Source: Yuukianura sp. NJ FZ-2021
Lineage: Eukaryota
NCBI GenBank assembly: GCA_046563655.1
Contig: CM102286.1
Coordinates: 12,958,001-13,022,000 of the forward strand
Direction of reading: 5' to 3'
DNA length: 64,000 nucleotides
In this document: in pieces, positions 1 through 12,706 of the stretch
Position numbering within the stretch: the stretch's first letter is position 1
How the letters are laid out: the number at the start of each line of letters is the position of its first letter
Position numbers and translations under genes: made by a program
The notes under the pieces: model-generated
Told to the model about the DNA's origin: nothing
Databases searched by the model: none
Seen by the model: the letters and a program-made list of their open reading frames with translations, nothing else

Positions 1-1544
1 GGCTACAATTCTCATCTCTCGCTCTACAGAGTAAGTTCGGTTAGACGCTTTCTCTGCCCTACTCCTCACCTTGGTTCGAGTCCTACAAGCAGCACTTGGT
101 TCAAACGGAATTAGGTTCCAACCCATCTGGTTTTTTCTGGAGAGGCTACACCATTAGACGGATTACGTAATTTGGCCTCACCGACGTTTTCGACAAGACA
201 CTACGCTTGTTCCCCTCCTTTACGATTCGAATCAGGCAGAAGAAAGCAGACTTTCATTGACAATGGAATGATTGATCATCTCATCACCAACTAAACCTAA
301 CTCTAACGTTCAGTTCTTTAAAGTTTCCGCTCCTCGGGGCAACCGAAAATGAAGGCGGAGAGGCTCATCATTAATTTTTTTGGCAAAAGGTTTTCGCAAA
401 ACTGCACCAGTGTTCTTCAGCGTTTTGTTTCGCATTTCCTTAGATTTCAAAACATACTTTTTCAAACAAAAAACGGTTATTTTTAAGTTTCTAAAAGCAG
501 TTTGTGTTGTTTTAGGTTGTGTTATACCGAATTAGGTTTGGAAGGTAGGGCATTTTACAATTACGTTGATTGCTAAATTTTTTTAAGCTTGAGAAAGTTT
601 TGAAAATTTTAGACGTTAGTAATTTTTTCCTGAAAACAATATGGGATAAGTACAGTTCAAAAAAATTGTTAGGTTTTTGCAAAACAAATTTCGGAATTCT
701 CAGAAGCTGTGAAAAAGTTGTTTAGTTTATGATTTCATTTTCTTTTGCTAAAACCAAAATTCTATAGAAAATTGGGACGCGGCGAAAATTGAGTTTCCGC
801 TTGAGCTCGAATTCCAACGGGAAATGATCCAAATCCAAAAACTTAGAAAAGCAACAGCGGATTCATTTTGAATTAATAAGGTACAGAGGTTGTTGTCCGA
901 AGACGTGGTCGTGTGGTGTAGCGTAGAAATTCTATACTCAAAAGGCCAGCATTGGCCTTTGCCTACTCCAGGGACCGAAGTCAACATCCGCAGGCGGAAG
1001 TGCCTTTTTTAGTCCTTACAGCGCATGACTGTAGTAACAGTGCTCCTCTTTAGACGCTTTCCACACTAACCTAACCAAAGCAAAAAGGAAAAGTTCCTTT
1101 CTCTTTTTGTTTTCTCTACATTCCTCGCCTTGCAAAAGACTTAAGTCCTTCGACGGAAGCTCTCTGCTACTTCAGAATCTAAATTCACATGCCCCTTTAG
1201 TATTCCATTGGATTTGGAGCATTTGAACCTCTCTCTGCCTCTGCTGTAAAGTCATTCTCATTCTTTCATTTCACTCGTTCCTTGTATGCAGTTCAGTTCA
1301 CAACTTTCTCCCAGCTCTTTTCTTTTCCGTCTTTTTAAGGAAAGAAGGAAAAAGCTTTTTGGATAGGATGAAAAAGTAGAGACAGAAATAGCTGAAGTTA
1401 TAGTCCTTCGCCTAATGCTTTCCCTCCATTCCCTGATTCACAATTTATCGACTTTGCTAAATTCATTTTTTCATGGAACTGTAGATTTCAAGGCATTAGG
1501 CATTAAACCAATTCAATTTCAGTTTGCCCAAATTGCATTGTGGA

Positions 1545-1907
1545 TAGGGGTCGCAGTATCGATAATCATTCTCGATAATTATCGAAATTTTTCCGCCGTT
1601 GTCGATAATTGTCAATAATATGGGGCATGTTGAAGGGTATGTAATTCAAAGATTTCCATAAATCTATCAAAATTATTGTATCGCAAATTTTTAACAAGAT
1701 CAAGGTTGTTCTAAATCAATAAAATTGAAGTACAAGTAAAAAATCAAGTTTTTCAGGAAATTGCGAGAGTTTTTCACCTGCTTTATATGACCCATACCTT
1801 CTACATGTGAAATTATCGTTATCGAATTATCGATAATGAGAAGCCCAAATTATCGATAACTATCGGTTATGGTTAATAAGAAAATGTTATCGATAATGCG
1901 ACCCCTA
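1545..1907. mobile_element. MITE (non-autonomous DNA transposon, about 360 bp)
   Basis: Terminal inverted repeats TAGGGGTCGCAgTATCGATAA (1545-1565) and TTATCGATAAtGCGACCCCTA (1887-1907), 1 mismatch. Several subterminal (T)TATCGATAA-like repeats at both ends. Inner inverted pair CATGTTGAAGGGTATG (about 1626) and CATACCTTCTACATG (about 1793). No credible coding capacity. Confidence 0.8.
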
Positions 1908-2325
1908 ATAACCGTGACGCAATTTAATTTACCAAGGCAATTAACTCGGTTTCGTTTAACTTTTGAAGACCCTTTAACCCCAATTTTTTAATTTGACAAG
2001 AATCAATTTTTAGTCTGAAAGAGTAATTACATGGATTGAAACTTTTATTAGTGTAAACATCTCTGGTCTGACTAAATTGAATTTGCAAATGACCTCGACG
2101 CTGAAGAAACATAGTAAACCGATCCTAATTAATCAATAAATCAATCTATTTGATTTTGGCCAACGCCATATCAAGTGTATATTTCACCTCGTTTAGAGTA
2201 GTAATACTTTAAACGACCTAAAATAAAATATTTTTTTAAAAATATTTATTGTAAATATTTATTCTTAATTATCTGATTGTTCTTATTATTTTTTGTCAAA
2301 AACGAGCATAACAGAGTCAAATGAT

Positions 2326-4274
2326 TTTCATTTCATTTATTCTCCTGTTTCTGGCAGGCTTTTCAGAATAAGTAATAGTGATAGTTTTTTTTGAAGTGTA
2401 ATTAATATTAGTTAATATAATTAGTGTACATGTAGAGCTATAATTTAGAAAGTTGCGTAGTTACAAGTTATTATTTTTTGAAAAGTGACGATTCTAAGAA
2501 GTATTTTTTTTGTTAAATTGTTCTAAAATGATGTTTTTTTTTTTTTAAATTTAAGATTTAGAGTGACTTAATTATACTTATTTTTTTTAATTTTTTAATC
2601 TTCTTCGTCTTCCTCAACATCAATTCGGCGCTCGTGTTCTTCGTGTTGAGCTTTTAGAAAATGGTCCTTAAGTTTCATTTTTATTGCCGTCTGGTTGGTA
2701 AGACCTCTGACATCCTCACTCGTTTCCATCCACTTACGGAAAGCATTTGCTTTGAAGGATTGAGGATGAATACTTCTATTTAAGTTTGCCACGTGAGTTT
2801 TCTTTCTAGTAGTTGTGCTTGATTGAGTAAATTCCACTTCACTGAAGTAATTTTTAAAGTAATTTGGGCAGTTTTCTGAGATGATAGTCGACACTAACCA
2901 TGTAGTACGGAATTCAGCTAGGCGTTTGGGAAAGAGCCAGTTCAATTCGGACGTAATCTTCGATTTCACCGGATCATATTTCTTCACGTTTAGTACAAAT
3001 CTGCCCGCAGAGCGAATAACCTTTTCCATAGTCTTAAGGTGTTGCTTGTTTGCTTTTCCCCAGATCTCGCACATGTATGTAACTTTGGAAAGAACGTAAG
3101 CTTCCATCACAATTTTTCGGTTTTTCATGTTAAGAAATCTTTGCAGAGGATAGAGGGACGCGATGACACTGAATGCTTTCTTAGAAATGGACGCGATATG
3201 CGCGTTCCATTTCATTGTGTTGTCAATGATTAATCCTAAACTGGCAATTTGTTGACTTGGTGTTATACTTTCTCCGCAAATCCGAAACTTCATTTCGCCG
3301 ACACTTTTTAAAATGTTAGGTTTCGCGCATAATAGAATTGCGCTTTTTTTTGGGTTTATGATCAACTGATTTTCACTCATCCAGTTAGCAACAAATTCTA
3401 CACTTTCTTCAACTTCTTGTTTAAATTGCTCCAGGGTACTTGGGTCTCCAGTAACTACCATAGTGTTGTCATCAGCGAACATGATGAGGAGATTTTTGTT
3501 AAATTGTTGAAATTGCAGTAGTAGATCGTTTACCATGATGGTGAAAAGGAGAGGTGAAAGTATTCCGCCTTGAGGAGTTCCACGTTTAGTTTCTATGTTT
3601 GTCGATCTTTTCCCACCCAATGAGACGAATTGTTTCCGTGAGGATAGATAGGAGGAAAACCATTTGCTTTCGATTTCGTACCATGAGAGCTTTTCAAGTA
3701 AGATGTTCCGGTTGACCATGTCGAAAGCTTTGGATAAGTCGAGAGTTATGACAGCGCAGATTTTGTTTCTATGAAATCCATCGTATAAAGCATCGGTTAC
3801 TGCAAGTTGGGCGTGGACTGTAGAACTTCCTTTGATAAACCCGAATTGATTTTGGTGCATTACATTATTTTTTTGCAAATGCCTCAGCAGTTGAGATTGT
3901 GCGCATTTTTCAGTGATTTTAGAAAGTACTGGCAGTATTGATATGGGTCTGTAATCAGATAGACCGCATGGCTTCCGGCATTTGGGAATTGGAATAATTT
4001 CTGCTTGTTTAAGTGAATCCGGTACAGTTGACGAACGGAAACTTTCGTTGATTATATCCGTCACACTGTAGAGTATGTTGGGAGCCCGTAAAGTTAGTTC
4101 AATCATGTAAGCGCATAGTCCAGTAGTGTCGGTTGTAGTTGAATTCTTTTTTTTCATTTGGTTCCATGATGTAGCGACTTCTCGTGTTGTGACGTTTTGA
4201 AAGTGAAACTTTTCTGTAATAGTTGGCATACATTCTGGTTTATTTGGAGTTGGCGAGTCGTCAGACCACTTTGT
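2326..4274 (-). mobile_element. 5'-truncated non-LTR retrotransposon (LINE; CR1/L2/Jockey-like supergroup)
   Basis: Flanked by identical 13-mers AGAGTCAAATGAT at 2313-2325 and 4275-4287 (target-site duplication). The sense strand ends in an AATAAA-TGAAA-TGAAA tail after an A-rich 3' UTR. Contains an RT ORF. Confidence 0.92.
2595..4274 (-). CDS. Reverse transcriptase (ORF2 C-terminal part; endonuclease domain missing through 5' truncation)
   Basis: Non-LTR RT motifs IIPIPK, YRPISILPVLSKITEK, QFGF, LDLSKAFD, GTPQGGILSPLLF, FADD, LGLIID. The frame stays open for 15 codons upstream of the Met at 4229, up to the TSD junction at 4274. Confidence 0.93.
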   Translation of the reverse strand, partial: TKWSDDSPTPNKPECMPTITEKFHFQNVTTREVATSWNQMKKKNSTTTDTTGLCAYMIELTLRAPNILYSVTDIINESFRSSTVPDSLKQAEIIPIPKCRKPCGLSDYRPISILPVLSKITEKCAQSQLLRHLQKNNVMHQNQFGFIKGSSTVHAQLAVTDALYDGFHRNKICAVITLDLSKAFDMVNRNILLEKLSWYEIESKWFSSYLSSRKQFVSLGGKRSTNIETKRGTPQGGILSPLLFTIMVNDLLLQFQQFNKNLLIMFADDNTMVVTGDPSTLEQFKQEVEESVEFVANWMSENQLIINPKKSAILLCAKPNILKSVGEMKFRICGESITPSQQIASLGLIIDNTMKWNAHIASISKKAFSVIASLYPLQRFLNMKNRKIVMEAYVLSKVTYMCEIWGKANKQHLKTMEKVIRSAGRFVLNVKKYDPVKSKITSELNWLFPKRLAEFRTTWLVSTIISENCPNYFKNYFSEVEFTQSSTTTRKKTHVANLNRSIHPQSFKANAFRKWMETSEDVRGLTNQTAIKMKLKDHFLKAQHEEHERRIDVEEDEED

Positions 4275-7200
4275 AGAGTCAAATGATAAAATAGATACAA
4301 ACTCTAACCACCGCTGTGCTAAAAATTGTGCAATTTTGGGAAATCAATCAAAATCCAAAACTTAGTTGAAAGAGTAAAACGATTTTGATTAAGTATAGCA
4401 CAAATCATAAATAGAAATTAAAGCTTTGATTTTTTGTTTGGTTTAAAAAAAAGAAGTTGTGTTTCAGAGCATTAAGTTTTCTTCGTCGGCTTGTGAAAGC
4501 TATGTTACGCTAGGTTAATGTGTAGATACAAAGGTCTTGTTTTTCAATAGGTTTATGCAATATGTTTTCCTTGACCTCACACTTTCTGTCTGGATTTTTT
4601 GAAAATGAAAGGTTCTTAAGAAAATTTCCGTTGAGCACACAATGTGTTATTACGAAATACGAGTCTATTTTTTAAGAACGGCAGTGAAAGTAAATTTACA
4701 AAAGAAAATAGAGACACACGCAAGAGACGTTATTGCGTGACTCAGATTTCTACATGCAATGTATATTGCAGCTGCAACACTCAACAAAACGATTTTTCAA
4801 TATTCTCAAGTGAAACTAGTTTCAGTATACAGTTGGCAGGTTTCAAGAAATTTTTAAGAATCAATCAACGTTTTCACTCGGAAAATTTAATTTCAAACAT
4901 TTGAAATTTGAAAAAATGAAATTTCAAATTTTCTTTTTAATTTTTAGTTGCTTGTTGAGCCAGTGGCTCTAAAATTCAATTTCTGGAAGAAACCTATATC
5001 TAACTACATTCATTTCCCAAAGTCATGAAAACCTATTACTAGTTGCCCTGAGATGTTTTTTTCAACAAAAAATTCGTTACTTGGTGACACAACAGCGTCG
5101 TCTACCGTGTTTGCTTGAAGCCTTCCACTACGTTAGTGATTTGACAACAATTGGACTGTGAATCCACCGCCGCCGCGGTTCCACTATACTGCTTTGCATG
5201 GAAAACGCCACCGTGGAACCTAAAACTAACCGAACCGAGTGTAAGTCACTTCGTTCCTCATTACTAATTCATAGATTTTGGAGAATTGACCCAGAACCTT
5301 ACGGAGGTAATAAAATATAGAGCAGGAGTGAAACCTCTCCAGATTCAAACCTCTCCATGACTTCATGTACTCCAAAAGCCCGGGAATTTTGAATTTCCTG
5401 CCTGTAAACCTCATGCACTCCTTTTAAACTACAGTAGTAGCTCTGAAATACCCAAAAGTAACAAATTACTTTCCTTGTTAATTCAATTTTTAATTAAAAC
5501 TTCCACACAGCTAAAAACCCCCTTTGTTTCCATTAATTTAAAACCCGAATGGCCAATTTCAACTTACGTACTTTTCAGCAAGGTTTACCTTTGGATTTGT
5601 CACTGTACAGGAAAAATGGGCCACTTACGCAGAAACGTTGCTAGGAACGGAAGCTCGTGTAAATTCTGAAGACAAAGAATTAATTGTGTTTTGTTTTTGG
5701 TATTACTCTTAGCAGTTGAATTGAAAACTGTTGTTTCTGTTCATTCTCTTTCTGTTCCCTTCATTGTTCCTGTCCAATTCCTTTGGAAGTTAATTTTGTT
5801 ACACTTTGTTTTCATTTTACGTAAGGTTGAAACCTAACCACAAAAGACAAATAACAGGTTAGTGGAACTGGACCAAACAAAAGGGAATCCGGAAATCGGT
5901 TTTTGTGAAGCAAGTTTCCTTTGATCGAGAAAACCTTTTTAAAAAGAAACTCAAACGAAAACAAAATGTCATTTTCTGCTTGAACAAACGTTCAATGCGC
6001 CTGAAACAAACTGAGACGATCATCAAAGTAAAACTCAACGTACTACAAGTCTCGTCCTACATAGTATATAAATTGCTGCATAATTCAATTTAACATAACA
6101 AAATCACTTTTGTAACCTAATTCTTCTCGAGAAAATATAAAAAAGTATAAGATTACGATTTAAAAATTCAACAGAAATCTATCCCGTTTTGATTATTTTT
6201 TCCGCCTAAGGCCCTTAGCGTACATTGAAAATTTGAAAAAAAAATCTCGTTTTTTTTTGGAAAGCAACACTCATATGACAAAATTCCCAAAGGCAATGTC
6301 CGGTTGTACGCTACTGGGCACCGCCCACTCTACCTCTGCTTTCTCCACTTGAATGAACCAAGATAAACACTTTACAGTTCGTTCGTTTTACCGCTGCGAA
6401 GCCCAAAGCCTTTACGCAGGAAAAGTCTCAATTTCAAAAAGAAAGTTTTTTTTCAAGAGAAAACCAAATAAATAGTAACTGGCAGTTGCAATTTACCATT
6501 GACGCTTCCTTTGCTTCCCCCAAGAGCTTTCACTTTTAAGGACCCAGAGACGCGCAACACACTTTTTGGAATGTTTGAAAACGGAAAACGAAAAGTTAAT
6601 AATAAAGAAACTTTTTTAACACCAGGAAAACTCGGCACTGCTACTTTTACTCAGCTACAGCCTTAGCTGTTGTTAAAACCTATGCTAAACGACTTGAAAT
6701 TTTAAAGTTTGGGAATTCAGCCGGAACTTGGATTTGGAATTGAGACGATTTAAAGTGACGCAGGGAGACTTTTATTTACTTTTGGGCATCAATCGAAGAA
6801 AAAAGTGCCGGGGGAAGCGGGATTTTTGATTGACTTTTAACAAGAGAAAGTGAAAGGAAAGATAATCCCTGGCAAACAGGATCTCCCTGTGTGGATTTTG
6901 GAGAAAGAGAAAGCAAAATGATGAAAAAAGTTGTTTTTTCGGAACAAACGAAAAGTTTTCCCTCTAAACAAATAGTTTAGCAGACGTGCAGATCACTGGA
7001 GTTTGAACCAATTCCTAATCTCAATGGCATCTTGTGTCTCAAAATGTACAGGATGGTCCATATTTTTTCTAAAAACGACAGTAAGAAAGAGAAAACGAAG
7101 AAAAGAGAAAGAGAGAGAAAGAATTTCATGTTTAACGCTTTTGAATTTCTTTTTCCTGAAAGCATAAGGTTAAATACTAGTGTATAAAGTTCGAAAAATG

Positions 7201-10200
7201 AAAACTTTTGAACTTTGCTGTACATTTTGAAGTTCTCTATCCTTCTTAAGCAGCTGTTCCTTCTTACTTTCTCTTTCGATCAGTCAAGAATAATTGGAAA
7301 TGAGAACCTAGGCACAGAATGCCCCACGGGGCCTTCTACAACTTTTTCCTTCGTTTGCATCCTGATTGGATTTCTTTTTCCTGGTTCATTATTCCCATGC
7401 ATCAAACTTAACCTCAATTCCTAAATTCAAAATTTTTGAAAATTTGAAATTTTGGTCCAAAATTGCTGTCCAACTCTTACTCCTACGTCCTAAACTGCTC
7501 CGAACTTGAGTGCCTAATTCTGAAATATGACACCCTTCAAACAAAGACTCACATTTCATCCCAGTCGCCATCATCTCATTTGTTGTTATTCGAGCCAAGA
7601 AAATTTCCAGAGTCAACAGTGATATGTAGCCCACCCTAACAACATACCCTAACTTAACAAAACCTAACCTTACAAGTACAAGTACTTTGAACAAAAATTT
7701 ATTGAGCTCTTCCCGCTTCTGAGCAGCAGCAAGTACTAAGTTTGAAACAAAGTTTTAAGATTTCCTTTTTGTTTTTTCGTTTTTTTAACTTTGACAGAGA
7801 CGCATTCGGACAAAACTTTGTTCACACTGCTACTGCCTAACTTCAAGGGCCCTCCTAACAACTTTGAAAAGAGTCTCCCAGGAAATGTGTTAGCTCATAA
7901 ATAAGGACCGTGTCAGCATCAATCCCATAAAAGCATTCCCCACGTTCCATTTGCGGAAACCAACTTTGGGACAAAACATAGTCAGGAGGATGTTAGCGTC
8001 TTTCTGAAGTAGTGGCGGTGTTTTCACACCGTGCTAAACGGGGCGGTAAAAGTGAAAAATTTCAAAACAACTTTTTTCGATGTCACTGTCCCACCACCAC
8101 CATTTTCACTTTTAGCGACAAGCACTTTTTTTTTTGGAACAAAGCGGAAAACATTCCTTCTTCTTCAAAAAACGCGCCTAACCACACGTTCAAACGTTGT
8201 GCCTTAAGTGTCAGTGCTTCAGAAACATTACATATTGGCCTTATTACTTTCATTTTGTCGCTGGAAAGTGAAAGCGACACAACGTGACGCTTCAAAAATT
8301 TCTTCTTCGTCGTTTTTCTAAAGTTTCAACTTTATGAACAATTTTTTAGTCTCGTCTCGTAAGTTTCTCATGTGAGGAGCACGATTTTGCTTAACTGATG
8401 ATGCTTCCTTTTTTTAAATTTGAAGAAATGAGGGGAAATGGTTCAAAATGAGCCTAGAGAAAGTGAGCCCTTAGCAGCGGAGCCCTTAAAAGTACTTTCT
8501 CTACTCTTTTGAGGTTTAGAAACGGAAGGACATGGATAAATAATGTTATGGAAATGTTCTAATATATGAGGGGGAATGCGTCGTCCCTTATCATCATTCC
8601 AACATTTCATTTCCCCATAGTTTCAAAAGTATCTTCTACTTTTCAAATAGAAAGCGCCATACCTACTTTCACTCTTGCCTCTATTGAGATTATATACGTA
8701 CTTCCAAGCACAAGGGCCTTCTGGGACTGAAAATGACTAAAAAAAAGTATCCAGAATTTGAGAAAGTCTTCTGGAGTCACCCGAATTTTGGAAACTAAGG
8801 CCTTCCGGATTTGAAGATTAGGAAAACTGGGAGGAAGATCGGCTTGAGGGAGACAATTTTGGAAGAAGGAAGATCTGGAGAGTCCTATTATATTCCTGTA
8901 AACTTCCCGTTTTCCACATTCATCCATGTCAAAGGAATGACTCCAACTTATTGATTTATAAGGCCTTGTAGAGCCCTTACATACCAATTTGAGGACAAAG
9001 GAAGGGAGAAAGGGACACTAGGGAAAGTCAGAAACAGAGTCAAAACCATCTGATACGCACACATCCTACTTTTTTAGGCTTTTACTCTTTACTTATAGTC
9101 TTTTACTTATAGGCACAGAGAGTCGTACAAAGGCTCATGTCAAATTACCATTATGCTTCCAACTTTTAGCCCAATAAATCCCATAGGAGATCTAAAAATC
9201 TCTTTTTTTAGTCAAAGATACTTTAAATTGGACCAGAACCATAAACCTTTTAAGCACACAAAACCAGTTTTGTTCTAAATTCAGCCATACCCGCAACTCT
9301 TTCCACAATCATAGAATAAATCCTTTATAAACCCTGAAACTTATAATTTATGGAACCTCGTACGTCAAATCACTCTTGATTTCTGGTTGAAAAAGTCGAA
9401 ATTACCAGTTTTTTGTTTGCACTAAACATTTCATGGTTAGCAAATTCTGCACTTTTAGCTTTGGAACGAAATGAGTAAATCCGCCTGGAATTTACTAATT
9501 AATTGAAGTACACATTTGACCTCAAATGTTACAAAAGCAGCTTTTGCTGTGATATTATGAAATCTACAACGAATACACAAGAATTTTAGACAGATTTAAG
9601 AACGCTACCGTAAAACTTCAAACAATTTCTCTTTTCTCGTAATTGCCCTCGTCTTCATGTCTTCCTCCTAGCACCTTTTTCCAAAGGTTGCATGAAAATT
9701 AGTGTACTATTTGAAAGTTTACGGTGTGAGTCATTGGAATTAGGGTAATACGTACAGTAACTAATGAGTTTAGAGTGGAAAAGGAGCTTTCTGGTTTATA
9801 AAGGATTCCAGAAAATTATTCGGAACTTACACTCCGCATGACGCATTATGAATAACGATAATTCAAAAAACATTGAAAAAAAATGAAATGTTTTGCTGTT
9901 TTGCTTAAAACAACGAGAAAAAAGTCTTGTTTCCCTCGCGTAGTTTCCGTTTATGTGTAAATCGGTCTATGGAACTTCCAGAAATTGGAAATTTTGAAAC
10001 AAAAAAATGTTTTTGTAACCGTACAAAGTCGTGTTTAAAATATTCTAGAAACTTTTGCATTGCCGTGCTTCAGCAACGGAGAAAGCCCGGCTTTAAGACA
10101 TGTTTAAAACATTGAATTTATCACATTCGGCATTTCGCACTCAGCGCTTCTTTAAAATATTTAAAGTTCTTCAATCACATCCATTTTGTCAAAACCCAAA

Positions 10201-12706
10201 AGCGACGTTTTTGGATTTTTGAAAACCTTGTCCCACCTTTTTATTCTCAATAAACATGTAGTGTCAACATGTCGAAAACTTTCGTCGAAAAGAGTAAAAA
10301 AAAATTTGCGGTGTATTGATCAAATAAAGGTTCGTTTTTTGGAACTTGACCGCCGCAACTCTAATCAAGTTCACACAAAAGGCTTATTCGGTTGTGTGCA
10401 CATTGGAACTAATCCTCACCAGTTACCCAGCAACTTCAAGTGTTTGTTTTCCTTAAGATTTTCTAACCTAACAAAGATGCTATTTCTAGACCGTCAGCCA
10501 GTCAATTCCTTTCCTAAGTCTTTTGATGCCTCTAGAAAACCAACTTCCACAAATTTGAAGTGGTAAACAAAATTTCCACAACAATGGACAAGCAGCATTC
10601 CTCCGCATTCGGCGTCTTGTTCTTCAATCTTTTGGAAACGAAAGCTCTTCATCTAATTCAAAGGTCACTCACTCAGGTTCTCCTGTGACTCTCTGCTTTA
10701 GCTTTTCTAGAGTTGTTGTCATAGCAACCAACCCCTCAAGCAGTCAATTTTCAAGACTACAGATAGAACTCCTCCGGCCCAAGTCCGAGTTTGGACTCCA
10801 AAGCCTAAATGCCTATAGATCATAATATGAAGTGCTTTCAAGTTTCACTTTCACTTTTTCCAGAATTTCTGGAACTGCTGTTTGCACGTTCTTTTTCCTT
10901 TTGTCTCCAAATGCTGAGTCAGTCGCTCAATGCAGTAAGAATTTTCGGAGCTTCTAGACGCTAAAACGAAATCGAGGATAGACGGAATGGTTTTCTTCCA
11001 AAAAATCCTTCAATCATCAATCCGCATGTTTCTACTAGCAGCTTAAGCTCCTAGCTTTCTTTGGTTAGCTTTTTCCCTTACTTTCCTCAGCTTTTCCAAG
11101 CAAACCCAAGACAAAATCCTAAGGATTATCAAAAAAAAAGCGCGTTCCGGTGCCCGTACTTTCACGTTCACACTCCCACCACTTTGTGTCAACTTTGCCA
11201 CCTCCAAATGACAACGTGGCTTTCTCTTTTGTTTACCATCGTATTTTTTTTTCCAAATCATCGCTTATAGAAATAACACAAAACAGGAGATTTGGACACA
11301 CACTTTCTCTTCTTATTAAAAAAAAGAAGAATATTTTTTTGTTATAGCTGAACTAACCCTCAGTCTGTCATGATGACAGAAATGGAAATGACATGAACCT
11401 GTCAGTTAATTTTCAGCACATGAGGAATTGGACTGAAAGTGCCAAAACATTTCAAAAAGACTTGACAATTTGTGAAACTTCAGAAAAAAGTAGATTAGCA
11501 GGAAAAGTTTTTTTAATGTTGAAATGCCTCTACTTTGAGCTTTAGTTGTTTTAATGGATTCTGAGAAATTTTGGATTCAGCCAAGCCGAAAATAAGACGA
11601 AAAAGCTTCCCGCTTTCTCCACTTTCAAAAAAAACGTTCCAGTCGTCTGAGCTAATAATGTTAAAAGTAATGTGATGAAAAGTCAATGGGATTAAGAGGA
11701 TTTGAGCACAAGTTTGAACTTAGTGGCTGTGCTGCAGTAATGAACTTTGAAAATAAATGGGAATAGAATGACTTTTAGCATTTGGAGTTGAACCATTTTG
11801 TAAAGTAGGGAATAACTCTAGTTGATGTTTCCAGAGTTCAAATGGATCAAAGTCCGGAGAGTCATAAGAAGTGGAGCAGTGGTTAAAGTACTGCCGATGG
11901 CGTCAGAGCAGCATTCCCTTGAGTGAAAGTTGTTAGGTTTAGTTAAGTTTGTGGGCATCCGGGCAGTAGGAACAAGCGGAAGTAAGATGGAATCCTATTT
12001 CGGATGTTATGGAAAGAGATGAAGTGGGGAGGGAATCGGTGGTGACTCGGCAGTAGTACTTCCAGTACTCCTCTTGGACCTAAATGAGATCTCGAGTGAA
12101 TTAATATTGACGAAAAGTCAAAGGCTTAAGAACATGAAAGTGGAATCGGAGACATCAAATCACTCCCATGCTGGGAAACACAATTTGCTAATTAAGAAAC
12201 GCTGTTTTTGAAGTCTTATTTCCGAGTAGCGCTACACTTTCACTTTTTTAGAAAATGGACATTAAGTTGAAAATTTTGGAAAAAAAAAAACAAAACCACA
12301 ACGACACCATTTTTCAGGCGTCTAAAGGATTTCCACATGCAAAAAAAAAACTTTGCGTCTCTTTTAACGCGGGTCAAATTTTTAATTTGATTCGGAACTA
12401 GAGTAAAATCAAAATCACATCAATTGACTAATTTCAAAAACGTAACGATTCATCGTTTTTCGAGCAAACGAATTTCCTAAAATTTTTAACAGTTTTGAAA
12501 GAAAAATACTGTTACGGTTTACTACACATATACGGATGGTCGCTCAAAATTTTAACTTTTTACCAAACTTCTTGTCAAAATCTATCGCAATTCATAAATC
12601 CTACTTTTTCTAGCCGTTGTACTCATAAAGTCAAAGGTCAAACTAAAACTGGAGAGTTTACGAGTAATAACAGGTAAAATAGAGATCATGAAATTTTGGT
12701 TTGGTT

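Noticed and set aside
73..83. Pol III B-box GGTTCGAGTCC (possible tRNA or SINE)
   Set aside because: No cloverleaf, acceptor stem or clear A-box could be built; at most a SINE remnant.
8643..8987. 114-aa - strand ORF
   Set aside because: No domain, no consistent splice context, non-ATG start.
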